From an uncultured delta proteobacterium (lineage in GTDB: Bacteria > Myxococcota > Kuafuiibacteriia > Kuafuiibacteriales > Kuafuiibacteriaceae): a DNA stretch of 64,000 nt. Made by a program: the position numbers and the translations under genes. The stretch is from positions 800,001 to 864,000 of the forward strand of contig CAWDML010000003.1 in NCBI GenBank assembly GCA_963803435.1, in the 5' to 3' direction. The notes under the pieces are model-generated. The model worked only from the letters and a program-made list of their open reading frames with translations. It was not told where the DNA came from and searched no databases. Below, piece after piece: positions 44,796 through 55,718 of the stretch (positions are counted from its first letter, which is position 1; each line of letters starts with the position of its first letter).

Positions 44796-45871
44796 AGGCG
44801 GCCCCCATAGGGCGCGAACCTCCGGGAGGAGGCACGCCGCCGGTTCATCCGATCGATCTCGAGCTCCGTGTACGCCTCCTCGCTCCCCTCCGGCAGGTGC
44901 TTCTGGATGAAGTCGAGGATCGTGAGCCGCGCCAGCTCGCCGTAGCGGAGCACCTCCTTGGGGCCGTCCTCTGCGCAGTCGTCCCAGAGGTCGAAGAGGA
45001 TGGCGCGCTTCTCCGCCACCGAGCGACGGCTCTTCCAGATCTTGTCGAGCCGCTGCGGGAGCTCGACCAGCGAGCTCGAGAGGCGCTCGCCACAGGCCGC
45101 GCGCGCCATCACCAGCCGCTCCTCGCGGGTCGCCTCGAGGAACTTGCGCTTCTCGTAGCTATACGGATCGTCGCCGGCCGCCGACAGGATCCAATCGTTG
45201 AGATCGATCGCCCACGTGCCCGCGATCGACGGGGACTCGTTCTCACGGCCCGGTGCCAGCCCGATGCGCGGGATGCCGTTGACCTCGCTGTTGCCGCGGC
45301 CGTCGAAGGTGACCGTGCCGTCGCGGGCGACGTGCGCGCCGAACGCGGTGTCGTCGTAGTTGTAGCCGCCGTCCTTGGTGGCGTGCTTCTTCGGGTCCTT
45401 CGGCGGTGCCGGGATCACGACGCCGGGTCCCTGATCCTCGTACGCGGGCACCGAGACGTGGGGGCTCAGATCGAGCGAGCCGAGATCGCGTCCGTCCTTC
45501 GTCTTGCCGATCCCGCCGGGTGCGACCGCGCCGCCTCCGCCCTCGGCCGGGGGCGTGCCGTCTCCGCCCTCGGCCGGAGGTGAGCTCGGCGGCTCCACGC
45601 GCACCGGCCGCCGCCGTCTCTTCTCCTTGTCTTGCCGCTCGGGCTTCGGGACGATCTCGGGCGCCTCGGGCGCCTCGGGCGCGATCGCCTCGGGTGTCTC
45701 CAGCTCGGGGGGCGGGGCCTCGACCGACACGATCTCGATCCGGACCGGCTCGCTGGCGGCGTCGGATCGCGGTACCGGCGAGGGCATGAGCAACATGGAT
45801 GCGGCCAGCGCGCCGTGGACGGCGATCGAGATCGCGATCGGCCATCGCCACCCCAGCCCGCGGTCCATCAT
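44792..45871 (-). CDS. Membrane-anchored Pro-rich hypothetical protein (TonB-like N-terminus)
   Basis: SIAVHG TM motif, Pro/Glu-rich linker, unrecognised C-terminal domain. Confidence 0.65.
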   Translation of the reverse strand: MMDRGLGWRWPIAISIAVHGALAASMLLMPSPVPRSDAASEPVRIEIVSVEAPPPELETPEAIAPEAPEAPEIVPKPERQDKEKRRRRPVRVEPPSSPPAEGGDGTPPAEGGGGAVAPGGIGKTKDGRDLGSLDLSPHVSVPAYEDQGPGVVIPAPPKDPKKHATKDGGYNYDDTAFGAHVARDGTVTFDGRGNSEVNGIPRIGLAPGRENESPSIAGTWAIDLNDWILSAAGDDPYSYEKRKFLEATREERLVMARAACGERLSSSLVELPQRLDKIWKSRRSVAEKRAILFDLWDDCAEDGPKEVLRYGELARLTILDFIQKHLPEGSEEAYTELEIDRMNRRRASSRRFAPYGGRL

Positions 45872-45878
45872 CGTCAGA

Positions 45879-46853
45879 TTACCAGAACTGGCGGGCGTGC
45901 TCGGGTGCGTGTTCGATCACGTCGCCGAGCAGGACCACCCGATCCGCGTGCTTCTCCACGCCGCCGTTCGGCATGGCAGGGCCGCGCTGATCGCGAAAAA
46001 AGAGGGGAAGGCCCTCGGCCAGGCCGATCGGGAACGGCCCCACCTCCTGCCGTTGATGGTGGACATGGACGTGGGGCTCCGAGGTCCGCCCCGAGTTCCC
46101 GCATCGACCGATCGGTTGGCCCTCCTCGACCCGCGCGCCCGGTGCCACGATCACGCTCCCGCGCTCGAGGTGCGCGATCATCAAGTATGTCCCGGTCGCC
46201 TCCGACCGGATCACCACGTGGTTACCGGCGTAGTTGTCCGTCTCGACGATGGTCCCGGGGGTGGCGTCCGGATCGCCGTCGTGGATCGACGAGACGACGC
46301 CGCTCATCGGCGCGAGCACCGGCTGATCCCAGCACCCGTAGTCTTCGAGCCGCTTCGAGCCCACGCCCGCCGGCTCGATCACCAGATCGTACGCCCACCG
46401 CTGGTCGGGATAGAGCGCGTGGTAGTTGTGCTCCAGATCCGGTCCGCCCCAGTAGACGCGCATCGGCCGATCGGTGGGGACGCGGATGAACAGCTGCGGT
46501 TGATCGTCGGCCGAGGCAGGGTAGGGAACCGCCAGGATCCCCTTCGGCCACAGCCCCGGCAGCAGCACCAGGAGCGAGAGGGCCAGGGCCGAGACCACCG
46601 GCCGCGAGAGGCGGCGCCGGATGACCGCGTAGCCGCCGACGAGGATCAAGAGGGCGAGCCCGGCGGCCGGCGCAAAGAAGAGGAGCAGCAGCCAGGCGAT
46701 GGCGCGGGTGATGCCGCCCAGGGCCACCAACACCCAGAGCGTGAGCAGGGAGATCGCGAGCGCCGAAGGGACCCAGCGAAAGATCAGCCAGGAGAGCCGC
46801 GTCCAATCCTCGGCCATCGCCCCGAAGAGCCGCGTGCGCAGCCGGCCGGTCAA
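45879..46853 (-). CDS. M23-family metallopeptidase, membrane-anchored
   Basis: NYH...WAYD, AGNHVVI, AHLERGS, CGNSGRTSEPHVHVH. Confidence 0.88.
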   Translation of the reverse strand: MTGRLRTRLFGAMAEDWTRLSWLIFRWVPSALAISLLTLWVLVALGGITRAIAWLLLLFFAPAAGLALLILVGGYAVIRRRLSRPVVSALALSLLVLLPGLWPKGILAVPYPASADDQPQLFIRVPTDRPMRVYWGGPDLEHNYHALYPDQRWAYDLVIEPAGVGSKRLEDYGCWDQPVLAPMSGVVSSIHDGDPDATPGTIVETDNYAGNHVVIRSEATGTYLMIAHLERGSVIVAPGARVEEGQPIGRCGNSGRTSEPHVHVHHQRQEVGPFPIGLAEGLPLFFRDQRGPAMPNGGVEKHADRVVLLGDVIEHAPEHARQFW

Positions 46854-46964
46854 CCCTCTTGTTCGCGGCGCATCCTTCGCGGGCCCTGCCCCTGCAAGCG
46901 CGCCCTTGCCCTAACCGCGCTGGGCCAGGGCAGGGGCACGATCGAAAGGTCGAGGGGCTTCTTG

Positions 46965-48938
46965 CTAGAGGGAGCGGAGATAGGCCTCGAGCTGCTGCAT
47001 CTCGGCCTCGCTGAGGGCGCCGGTGTTGCCCATCGAGCCGTCGCGCGCGCGCTCGAGCACGGCGCGGAGGGTGCGCGCGCTGCCGTCGTGCAGGTAGGGG
47101 GGGCTGCCGGCGATGCCGACGAGGCTGCGGGTGTCGACACCGGCGAAGCCGAACAGATCGTACTTCTGATTGTTGGTGAAGCGCGGGCCGTTGTGGCAGC
47201 CGGCGCAGCCGACGTCGCTCCGCTCGAAGATGGCCTTCCCCGCGAGCACGTCCGGGTTGTCCTGCGCGTGCTTGAGCGGCGCGTCGACGTCGCGGGTCGA
47301 GTCGACGAACGCCGCCACGGCGCGGACGTCCTCATCCGTGATGCCGCTTCCGCCCATCAGCCCCTGGCTGGTGCGGAGGACGTCCTCGGCGACGGTGGCG
47401 CGCTCGCCGCCCCAGCGCACCGGCTCGGTCAGGGACACCTTGCCGGCGAGGGACGGGGTCTGGCGTGCACCGCGGTCGAACATCCAGGTGAAGCCGTCGG
47501 CGCGACCGTCGAAGTGGCACGTCGCGCAGGAGAGACCGATGCTGCCCGAAGACATCTCGGAGTCGTTGGTCGAGTAGAACAGCTGGCGGCCCCGGACGAC
47601 CTCGGGATCGAGCTGGACGTTCGTCACCGCGCGGCTGCCGCCGAGCGTGCCCGCGAAGGGCAGAGCGAAACGGCTGCCCCCGCGGCCCGAGTCGGGATCG
47701 TTGTTGCCGTAGAGCTGCGCCTGATAGCCGTCGACGTCGACCTGCTGCACGGTGCGGTCGAGGAAGCTGTACACGAAGGCCTGCTGCTCGGCGGTGAACG
47801 CGATGCCGCGGGGTCCGAGGTCGGTGGCGGAGACCACCACGGTGCGCCCGCTGAACGAGCGGCCGCCGAGCTTCTCGTTGGCGGCGTCGAAGGCGGAGGA
47901 GAAGATCGAGTTGTCGAAGTTGTCGTCGGCGCGACGGGTGGGGAACGCCGCGATCCCGCGGGCGCCCTCGATGGTCGCGTAGGTGGTGGCGCCGTCCGGC
48001 GAGATCGTGACGCTGGCCGGGTAGCCCTGGATGGTGAGGCCGTCGGGGGTGACGCTGTTGGCGCTCAGGTTCACCAGCTCGGCCTGGTCGACCTGCGGCT
48101 CGCCGTCGCCTTCGACCTGCGCCACCGCGACGGTGGGGTTGAAGCGCTCGGTGGCGCTGCCCGCGTAACCGCCGCCGGTCTCGGGCGGCGGGGCGTCCTG
48201 CATGATCGGCGTGGCGACGCCGCTGTCGGGCTCGACCACAGGCGTGGTGGTGTCGAAGTACATCGCCGGGATCGCCAGATACTGGCCGTCGGAGCTGATG
48301 GCCGGATCGCCGGTGATCCGCATGTCGAGGGTGACCTCTTCACCGAGCTCCTCCGACGTCTGCACGACCCTCGGGAGGTGGCTGGTCGTGAGCTTGCCGT
48401 TGTCGAGATCGATCCAGCTGAAGGTGCCGTTGTACGCCGATGCGACGTACAGAATGTTCGACGGGTGGAGCGCGAGCCAGCGCGGCTCGTCGCCCACCGC
48501 CCAGCTCCTCAGCTCGGCGAGGGAGTTGGCGTCGTACTCGTAGATGCGCCCCTCGAGGCTGGCGGCGACGTACAGGCGGGTGCCCGCCTCGTTGGTGACC
48601 ACGCCGAACGGCTCCGCGCCGGTGGGGATCGTGGTCTCGACGGTCAGACCGTTGCCGTCGTCCTCGAGCACCGCGACGGCGCGGGTGGCCCGCAACGTCA
48701 CGAACACGCGGTCCGGCGTGCGTGCGACCCGCGTCGGCTCGCCGTCGACGGTCACCTCCACCGGGTCGCCGTCGAGCGGCAGTCGCGTCACCGTGTTCTC
48801 GGCGGAGTTCGCGACGTAGAGCGCAGAATAGTCGGTCGAGGTGGCGATCGTCTGGCTCCCGGTGGGCTGCCGTGGATCATCGAGCTGCGCTCCGCAGCCG
48901 AACAAAAGGAGGGCGAGGGCGGCGCTGAGATTCTTCAT
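46965..48938 (-). CDS. YncE-like beta-propeller + di-heme cytochrome c peroxidase-like lipoprotein
   Basis: Lipobox LFGC; propeller blades; CATCH, CAGCH, PPYLHDGS. Confidence 0.82.
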   Translation of the reverse strand: MKNLSAALALLLFGCGAQLDDPRQPTGSQTIATSTDYSALYVANSAENTVTRLPLDGDPVEVTVDGEPTRVARTPDRVFVTLRATRAVAVLEDDGNGLTVETTIPTGAEPFGVVTNEAGTRLYVAASLEGRIYEYDANSLAELRSWAVGDEPRWLALHPSNILYVASAYNGTFSWIDLDNGKLTTSHLPRVVQTSEELGEEVTLDMRITGDPAISSDGQYLAIPAMYFDTTTPVVEPDSGVATPIMQDAPPPETGGGYAGSATERFNPTVAVAQVEGDGEPQVDQAELVNLSANSVTPDGLTIQGYPASVTISPDGATTYATIEGARGIAAFPTRRADDNFDNSIFSSAFDAANEKLGGRSFSGRTVVVSATDLGPRGIAFTAEQQAFVYSFLDRTVQQVDVDGYQAQLYGNNDPDSGRGGSRFALPFAGTLGGSRAVTNVQLDPEVVRGRQLFYSTNDSEMSSGSIGLSCATCHFDGRADGFTWMFDRGARQTPSLAGKVSLTEPVRWGGERATVAEDVLRTSQGLMGGSGITDEDVRAVAAFVDSTRDVDAPLKHAQDNPDVLAGKAIFERSDVGCAGCHNGPRFTNNQKYDLFGFAGVDTRSLVGIAGSPPYLHDGSARTLRAVLERARDGSMGNTGALSEAEMQQLEAYLRSL

Positions 48939-49019
48939 CACGTTTTCTTGGACCCCGACGGTATACCGACGATGCCGGTCGACTGGAGCCCAGGGCAAGG
49001 GTCAAACGGCCCTGTGACG

Positions 49020-49730
49020 TCACGCACCCGAGGCACGCTGGCCGAGGTCTTCCACCGCGCCCAGCGTCCTGCACGTCTCCGACGTCGGCACCGCGTCCTT
49101 GTCCTGGGCGGTACCGAACACCCGATCACCGGTCAGCATCGTCACGCCCAGCCAGTAGTGCTCGTTCTTGCAATGGTGGAGGCGATGGTTCCGCCAGAGT
49201 CGCTGGTAGATCGCGGACTTGGGCTTATAGCGCGTGTGCACCAGAAAGTGGACCCACTCGTAGTGGAGCGTGAGCAGCGCCCGGGCGGAGAGGCCCGTGA
49301 AGGCCAGGGCCAGGGTCGGCATGACTCCCACCCAGAACAGCGTGAGGAGTGGGATCGAGAACAGGAACGTGTGCGTCGGGATGAACAGAATGTCGATGCG
49401 CCAGGGGTTGCGATGATGGCGCCGGTGCTTCCTCGACACGTGGGGATCAAGGGTGAAGGGGCCGATCTTCCGCGGCTTGAAGTGCAGCACGAAGACGTGG
49501 ATGAGCCACTCCTGGAACGGCCACCCGGCCACGATCGCGGCGACGATGACCAGGTCCCACTTCGACCAGTCGGCGAGGTAGAGCCGGACCGGCACGGTGA
49601 GCGCGACCCAGGTCAACACGATCGCGGGGCTCGCATGCCGGACGAAGAAGCGGATCGCGTCCGGGATGTTGTCGGGGCTCTGGGGCGCCGGGCCTTCCTT
49701 CGTGAAGTCGTCGATGATCGCAGCGGTCAT
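49020..49730 (-). CDS. Sterol desaturase / fatty-acid hydroxylase family protein
   Basis: His boxes HVFVLH, HRRHH, HFLVH, HRLHH. Confidence 0.88.
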   Translation of the reverse strand: MTAAIIDDFTKEGPAPQSPDNIPDAIRFFVRHASPAIVLTWVALTVPVRLYLADWSKWDLVIVAAIVAGWPFQEWLIHVFVLHFKPRKIGPFTLDPHVSRKHRRHHRNPWRIDILFIPTHTFLFSIPLLTLFWVGVMPTLALAFTGLSARALLTLHYEWVHFLVHTRYKPKSAIYQRLWRNHRLHHCKNEHYWLGVTMLTGDRVFGTAQDKDAVPTSETCRTLGAVEDLGQRASGA

Positions 49731-50467
49731 TCCTGGTCTCCCTTCAGGCTCGCGACGTTCTCGAGCATCTCGATGAGCCGATCGCCGCCCTTCCTGATCA
49801 GCTCCCGGGCGCGCTGCTCGGCCAGCGCCGTGTCGCCGGCGAGCATCGCGTCCGCGATGGCGCGATAGCCCTGGATGTCCTTCAGCTCCTCCTCGAGCAC
49901 GTAGGTGAGGAGGTGGAAGAACTTGCTGTAGGAGTCCTGAAGCGTGTTGTAGCAGAGGCGGTAGGCGACGTTGTCGGAACCTTCGACCGACAGCGTCCAG
50001 AACTCCATCGCCAGGCGCTGGACCGTTTGCAAGTCGTCTTGCGCGGCCTCCATCCGATCGACGACCTCCGCGATCTCCTCCTTGAGCGCGCGGTCGGCGC
50101 GCTTCGCGCAGAGGCGCACGATGTCGGGTGCCAGCGCGGAGCGGATCTCGACGATGCTGCGGGCAACGCGCGTGTCGATCTTTCCCTCCTCCTTGAAGAG
50201 CAGTGTGGTGAGGAGATCGAGGCCGGCGGTCCGCATGAAGTTGGCGACCTTGGTGGTGCCGCCGTGCTGGATCGACACCAGGCGCGCCTGCTCGAGGCGC
50301 TTGAGGGCTTCGCGGAGGGCGCCGCGATTCACGCCCAGCATCTCGCAGAGCTTCCGCTCCGACGGCAGCGGTGAGCCGACGTCGAAGCCGCCCTGGAGGA
50401 TCTGGTTCTTGAGCTGCTCGAAGACCTCGTCCGAGAGGGACCGCCGCTGGATCGGCTTCAACGTCAT
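49727..50467 (-). CDS. FadR-subfamily GntR transcriptional regulator
   Basis: LPSERKLCEMLGVNRGALREALKRL HTH plus FCD-like helices. Confidence 0.92.
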   Translation of the reverse strand: MTLKPIQRRSLSDEVFEQLKNQILQGGFDVGSPLPSERKLCEMLGVNRGALREALKRLEQARLVSIQHGGTTKVANFMRTAGLDLLTTLLFKEEGKIDTRVARSIVEIRSALAPDIVRLCAKRADRALKEEIAEVVDRMEAAQDDLQTVQRLAMEFWTLSVEGSDNVAYRLCYNTLQDSYSKFFHLLTYVLEEELKDIQGYRAIADAMLAGDTALAEQRARELIRKGGDRLIEMLENVASLKGDQE

Positions 50468-50497
50468 CGTCCGAGAGGCTAGACGTCCGCTGGCTAG

Positions 50498-50519
50498 GTG
50501 GTCAAGTGGTCATACCATT
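50498..50519. promoter_or_regulatory. Putative FadR-type operator
   Basis: TGGTcatACCA palindrome at 50507-50517 plus extra TGGTCA half-site at 50499, just upstream of the regulator. Confidence 0.65.
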
Positions 50520-50552
50520 GCTCCGGCGGGCGGCCGATGCTATCGGGAGGGG

Positions 50553-51497
50553 ATGTCGCCCCGGATCACCTCGGATCTCCAGAGGATCCGGGAGGATGCG
50601 CTGTTCGACGGTTGTCCGTGGCGCACGGTCTTCGTTCACCCCGACTTTCTGGCCGCCTGGTTCGCCTTCCGGAGCGCGGCCCGGCCGGTCCTGATCCGAG
50701 ACGACGCCAGCCTGGTACCCCTGGCCGCCGAAGATGGCCGGCTCGGGTTCGCCGGCGGTGGGGACGTGCCCGTCCACGGCTGGCTGGGGCGGCCGCTCTC
50801 GGGAAGCTTCGTCCTGGAGCGCGCCCTCGGGCGGAGCCCACCCACCCCTCTCGTTGCTTTTACGCCGCCGCCGGGCGCGCCGCTCGACTGGCTCGCTCCG
50901 GCGCGTTCGCTCGGCCGGCTCGCGCACGTCACGACGGAGCGGCGCCGCATCTTCACCTGCGATCCGATCCGTGCGGCCCAGCCGCTCGCCGACAAGAAGA
51001 ACACCAGCCAGCTCCACGAGGTGAAGGCGCTCGGCCCGCTCGCGCTGGCGGACGCGCGCCCGGAGGACCTGCGGACGCACCTCGAATGGCACCGTCACAA
51101 ACGCCACCAGCGTGGTTTGCAACCAAGCTTGCACCGTGAGCGCGCCGATCTCTACCGCCGGCTCGGTCCCGCAATCCTCTCGTCGACCGTCCTGACCGCA
51201 GGCGGGGTGGTCCTGTCGGCGATGTTGATCTACCGGGACGGCCCCCGCGCCTGGCTCGAGCTCCTCGCCGAGAACCCGGAGCACGAGCGACACTCCCCCG
51301 GGCTGCTCCACCTGTTCTTGCTGGAGCAGCGGTGGATCGGCGAGGTGACCGAGATCGACGTGACCGCGGACGACGACTGGATGCACGTGCTCGCGGAGGA
51401 GCGCCCGATCACCCGGGTGGAGCTGCTCTTCGGCCGACGGGCGCGCCTCAGACGCAGGGCGGCCGGCGCGGTCGCCCGTCTCTTCTCTCCGAGGTAG
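50553..51497 (+). CDS. GNAT-family (CelD/BcsL-like) protein
   Basis: ATG after gggagggg; LTAGGVVLSAML and HSPGLLHLFLL motifs. Confidence 0.6.
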   Translation: MSPRITSDLQRIREDALFDGCPWRTVFVHPDFLAAWFAFRSAARPVLIRDDASLVPLAAEDGRLGFAGGGDVPVHGWLGRPLSGSFVLERALGRSPPTPLVAFTPPPGAPLDWLAPARSLGRLAHVTTERRRIFTCDPIRAAQPLADKKNTSQLHEVKALGPLALADARPEDLRTHLEWHRHKRHQRGLQPSLHRERADLYRRLGPAILSSTVLTAGGVVLSAMLIYRDGPRAWLELLAENPEHERHSPGLLHLFLLEQRWIGEVTEIDVTADDDWMHVLAEERPITRVELLFGRRARLRRRAAGAVARLFSPR

Positions 51498-51532
51498 ACG
51501 CGAGCGGACTCGGCGTACGAACGTAGCACGGC

Positions 51533-53395
51533 ATGCCTTCTCCTCTGCTCGCCTTCACGGTTGCCATTCTCCCCCTCACCAAGGGTGCGGGCAGTGAAGA
51601 GTACGCCGGGCTGGGGAAGGCGCTCGCCGGGATGATCACCACAGATCTTTCCGCCGTCGAAGAGCTGCAGCTGGTCGAGCGCGATCGGCTGGAGGACGTG
51701 CTCAAGGAGATCAACCTCTCCAAGAGCGGCTTCCTCGAGGAGAAGACGGCGCAGAAGCTGGGCAAGGGGGTCGGCGCCGGCTATCTGGTCACCGGCTCGT
51801 ACAGCGTGGTGGGACCGACCTTCCTCATGGACGCGCGGATTGTCGGCGTGGAGAGCGGGAAGATCGTCAAGGCGGCGAACGCCAAGGGCACGATCGAGGA
51901 CTTCGTGGCGGTGGAGAAGTCGCTGGTCGAAGGGTTGCTGGACGGGCTGAGCGTCAAGCTGAGCTCCTCCACGCGGCGGAAGCTGATCGTGCAGGCGCCC
52001 ACCGAGAGCTTCCCAGCGTTCAAGGCGTACGGCGAGGGCCTCGACGAGCGCGACAAGGGGCGACCGGACAAGGCGCGCGAGGCGTTCGAGCGCGCCCTGG
52101 CGATCGATCCGAAGTTCGAGGAGGCGCGCGCGGCGCTCGACTCGCTGAGCAAGCTGGTCGAGCGCGAGAAGGAGAAGGAGCGCGCCACCACCGAGAAGGT
52201 CACCGGCGAGGCACACCGCAAGATCCTCGAGGCCTATCCGGACGAGCGGAAGCGCCCGGCCTCGGCGAAGGACGACGCGGCCTCCACGCTCGGGTTCGCG
52301 CTGCGGCTGGTGGCGCTGGAGAACGAGCGTCGCTACTGCCAGCGCTACGAAGAGATGGTGCACTTCCTGGATCGCCGAAGCTGGCAGCTGCCCGAGCTCG
52401 CGCAAACGTTCCGCTACGACGCGCGCAAGGCGGGCGACGGCTTCGGGTACCAGCGGATCCCGCGCAGCCAGGGCGGTCCCGATCACCTCGCCGACGATCT
52501 CTCGGAACGCGTCGACATCATGGGCACGCTCAACGACTTCGTGGTCGACAAGCGCGGCTACTCCAACTGGGGCGACTCGGAGGGCGTGCTCGGATCGCTG
52601 CGCCGCTGCTTCCCCGCGCACAAGCAGCTCGAGGAGATCGATCGCCTGCTGGCGAAGGCGAAGAAGGCCGGCGTGCTCGACGCCAAGCTCGAGCGCGGCT
52701 ATCCGCCGTTCACGCTGGGCGAGTCGCTCGAGCTGGCCTGGTGCTTCATCCGCGCCAAGCAGCTGGGCGCCAACGCGGAGCTCGAACGACGCACCAAGCA
52801 CCTCCTGAGTGGCCGCCCCGAGGGCGACCCGATCCGGAAGCAGATCCTCCAGGAGATCGAGAACCTCACGCGCGACGCCAAGCAGTGGTCGGACCATCAG
52901 GCTCGCCGGCTCGGTCAGCCGCGCGAGTCGCTCGAGCGCGCGATCCGCGGCGTCGCCGCGCAGGATGAGAAGGTGGTGACGATCACCGGGCCCACCTGCG
53001 CCCCGCTCGTGAAGTCGATGAAGACGCGTGCGGACGGCTGGGTGGTGCGCGAGCGACAGCTCGCCGACGGTGACGACCAGGGCCGCGAGTACCTCCTCGA
53101 CGAGGCCGGGATGGTCTTCGGCCCGCTCCGCGACATGGGTTGCCTGGTCGGCGTCCCGGCGCGGTTCGCGAACCTGGAGCAGCTGATCCGCCACGAACGC
53201 GACGCGCACAAGCGGGCGCTGCCGGGCGCCGCGCAGGATCAGATCTGCATCTCGATGCTCGGCGCGAGCGATCGGATGGCGTGGGATCAGATGCTGAAGA
53301 TGATCGACACGTATCCGGAGCAGGCGGGGGCGATGCTCGAGGGCATCCTGATCACGCGCTACACGTTGCTGTCGAACAAGTGCGTGGATGATTAG
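51533..53395 (+). CDS. CsgG/FlgO-like domain + TPR exported protein
   Basis: TVAILPL, LQLVERDRLEDVLKE, AQKLGKGVGAGYLVTGSY; TPR AFERALAIDPKF. Confidence 0.75.
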   Translation: MPSPLLAFTVAILPLTKGAGSEEYAGLGKALAGMITTDLSAVEELQLVERDRLEDVLKEINLSKSGFLEEKTAQKLGKGVGAGYLVTGSYSVVGPTFLMDARIVGVESGKIVKAANAKGTIEDFVAVEKSLVEGLLDGLSVKLSSSTRRKLIVQAPTESFPAFKAYGEGLDERDKGRPDKAREAFERALAIDPKFEEARAALDSLSKLVEREKEKERATTEKVTGEAHRKILEAYPDERKRPASAKDDAASTLGFALRLVALENERRYCQRYEEMVHFLDRRSWQLPELAQTFRYDARKAGDGFGYQRIPRSQGGPDHLADDLSERVDIMGTLNDFVVDKRGYSNWGDSEGVLGSLRRCFPAHKQLEEIDRLLAKAKKAGVLDAKLERGYPPFTLGESLELAWCFIRAKQLGANAELERRTKHLLSGRPEGDPIRKQILQEIENLTRDAKQWSDHQARRLGQPRESLERAIRGVAAQDEKVVTITGPTCAPLVKSMKTRADGWVVRERQLADGDDQGREYLLDEAGMVFGPLRDMGCLVGVPARFANLEQLIRHERDAHKRALPGAAQDQICISMLGASDRMAWDQMLKMIDTYPEQAGAMLEGILITRYTLLSNKCVDD

Positions 53396-53404
53396 AGGCG
53401 GGCG

Positions 53405-54274
<870 letters not shown>

Positions 54275-54312
54275 CGGGCCGCGACCCTATCCCACTCACC
54301 GGCGAGGCGCTA

Positions 54313-55065
54313 CTAGGAGCGTGTAGCGCGTAAGCGCTCACGCGACCCCGGTCCCGGTCCCGGTCCGGGTCCCGGTCCCGGTCCGGGTCCCGATTCCTGC
54401 GGCCGTAGACCGCCTTGCCGTCGCGCGTTTGCAACTTGTCTCGCATTCGCTTGCGAGCGAGCGAGGCAGGTGTGGGCTCCGAAGCTGATGAGGACGGACT
54501 CGACGCGTCTTGGTTCTGTTCGGGTCCAACAGCGATGTGGGCATCGATCTGATTGTTGTCGCAGAATTCGATGTTGGTCGCGCTCAGATAGCCGTTGTCT
54601 GCCGTCATCTTCCGCGGAGCATCGCCGCAGTTGCCGAACACATCACGGAGCATCGGGACGAGGTGTTGCTGATCAGGTGCCTGGTTGCTGACCCCTTCGG
54701 CGACAATCACCTGAGCGTGCTCATCTACGACAACTTGGGCATTGTAGGCCTGGAGGTACGCTCCCTCCTTCAACATGATCCTGCTGCCTGAGTCGGTGAA
54801 GTTCCTCTGAGCGTTGGGCCTCGGTGTGCCGTCCACATTTGCAGGAACGCGATGATGCGGCCATCCATCATTTCGTTCAGTTGGGTCTGGGGATGGGGAT
54901 GGTTCGAGCTGGTCAGCCTGCGCTCTTGCCTTCTCGGCTCGAGTTCTCGCTCGCTTCTGCTCCACCAGATCCACAAGAACGCACGCCGGGCTGCATGATC
55001 GCCATCGGGACCGGGACCGGGACCGGGACCCGGACCGGGCTCGCGGTAGCGCTACACGCTCCTAG
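54313..55065. mobile_element. Foldback-like non-autonomous element with perfect 17-bp terminal IR and inverted hexamer arrays
   Basis: ctaggagcgtgtagcgc (54313-54329) and gcgctacacgctcctag (55049-55065); eight CCCGGT-type units at 54347-54394, six ACCGGG-type units at 55004-55039. Confidence 0.85.
54395..54974 (-). pseudogene. Internal fragment of an IS1182-family transposase
   Basis: RNFTDSGSRIM, QAYNAQVVVD, ADNGYLS, MRDKLQTRDGKAVYGRR; N- and C-termini missing; more AT-rich than host genes. Confidence 0.85.
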
Positions 55066-55562
55066 CCCAGCACGCGGAGGCTCCACTCGAGGACGGCGCC
55101 CAGGCCGATCAGGATGGCCCCGGCGGCGAGGCGGCGCAGCCCTCGCCCGGGATGGGGGCGGGCACCGAAGCGGATCTCGTGGATGCGCTCCGTTTCCATG
55201 TCGAAGAGCAGCAGCCCATCCGCATCGAACGCGTGGGCGTATTCGAACAGCTGCCTGCGCGTGCTGCGCGAGGTGGGATCCGGTGCGACGCGGCCGGTCT
55301 TCACCTCGGCGATGAACCGGCGAAATCCCCGCTCGAGGAGCATGTCGGCGCGAACGTCGAGCGTGTGGGGCTGGCCGTCGACCCGGACCGTGACCTTGCC
55401 GGGGACCTGAGTGGCGAGGACGCGAAAGCCGGCGCGGCGGGCGACGACGACGGCGCGGGACTCGGCGGCGAGCCCGCGCCGGAATCGCCAGCGGCGGGAG
55501 GCTCGGCGGATCGTGTAGAGGAGGAGCAGCGCGATCGCGCCGCCGGCGATCAGATCACGCAC
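55062..55562 (-). CDS. Small membrane protein with PD-(D/E)XK-like motif
   Basis: TM at both ends; VRADMLL...IAEVKTG...RRQLFEY. Confidence 0.6.
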   Translation of the reverse strand: MRDLIAGGAIALLLLYTIRRASRRWRFRRGLAAESRAVVVARRAGFRVLATQVPGKVTVRVDGQPHTLDVRADMLLERGFRRFIAEVKTGRVAPDPTSRSTRRQLFEYAHAFDADGLLLFDMETERIHEIRFGARPHPGRGLRRLAAGAILIGLGAVLEWSLRVLG

Positions 55563-55718
55563 GGGGAGAGTTCACTCCGCGCGCGGAGACGGTGCAACTT
55601 TCCGGACCGGGGCTCGAACCCGACGATCGGAAGCGGCGAGGGCGTTTGGAGGTCGGCTGGGGAACCGGCGCGCCCCCGCCGCTATCCGACCGCCGGACGC
55701 TACACCGTCATGGGTGAT

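Noticed and set aside
45504-49868. 1454-aa plus-strand ORF and many other long overlapping ORFs (e.g. 3601..5217, 7926..9572, 51230..53209)
   Set aside because: Antisense or shifted shadows of well-supported genes; stop codons are scarce in high-GC DNA and no motifs are present
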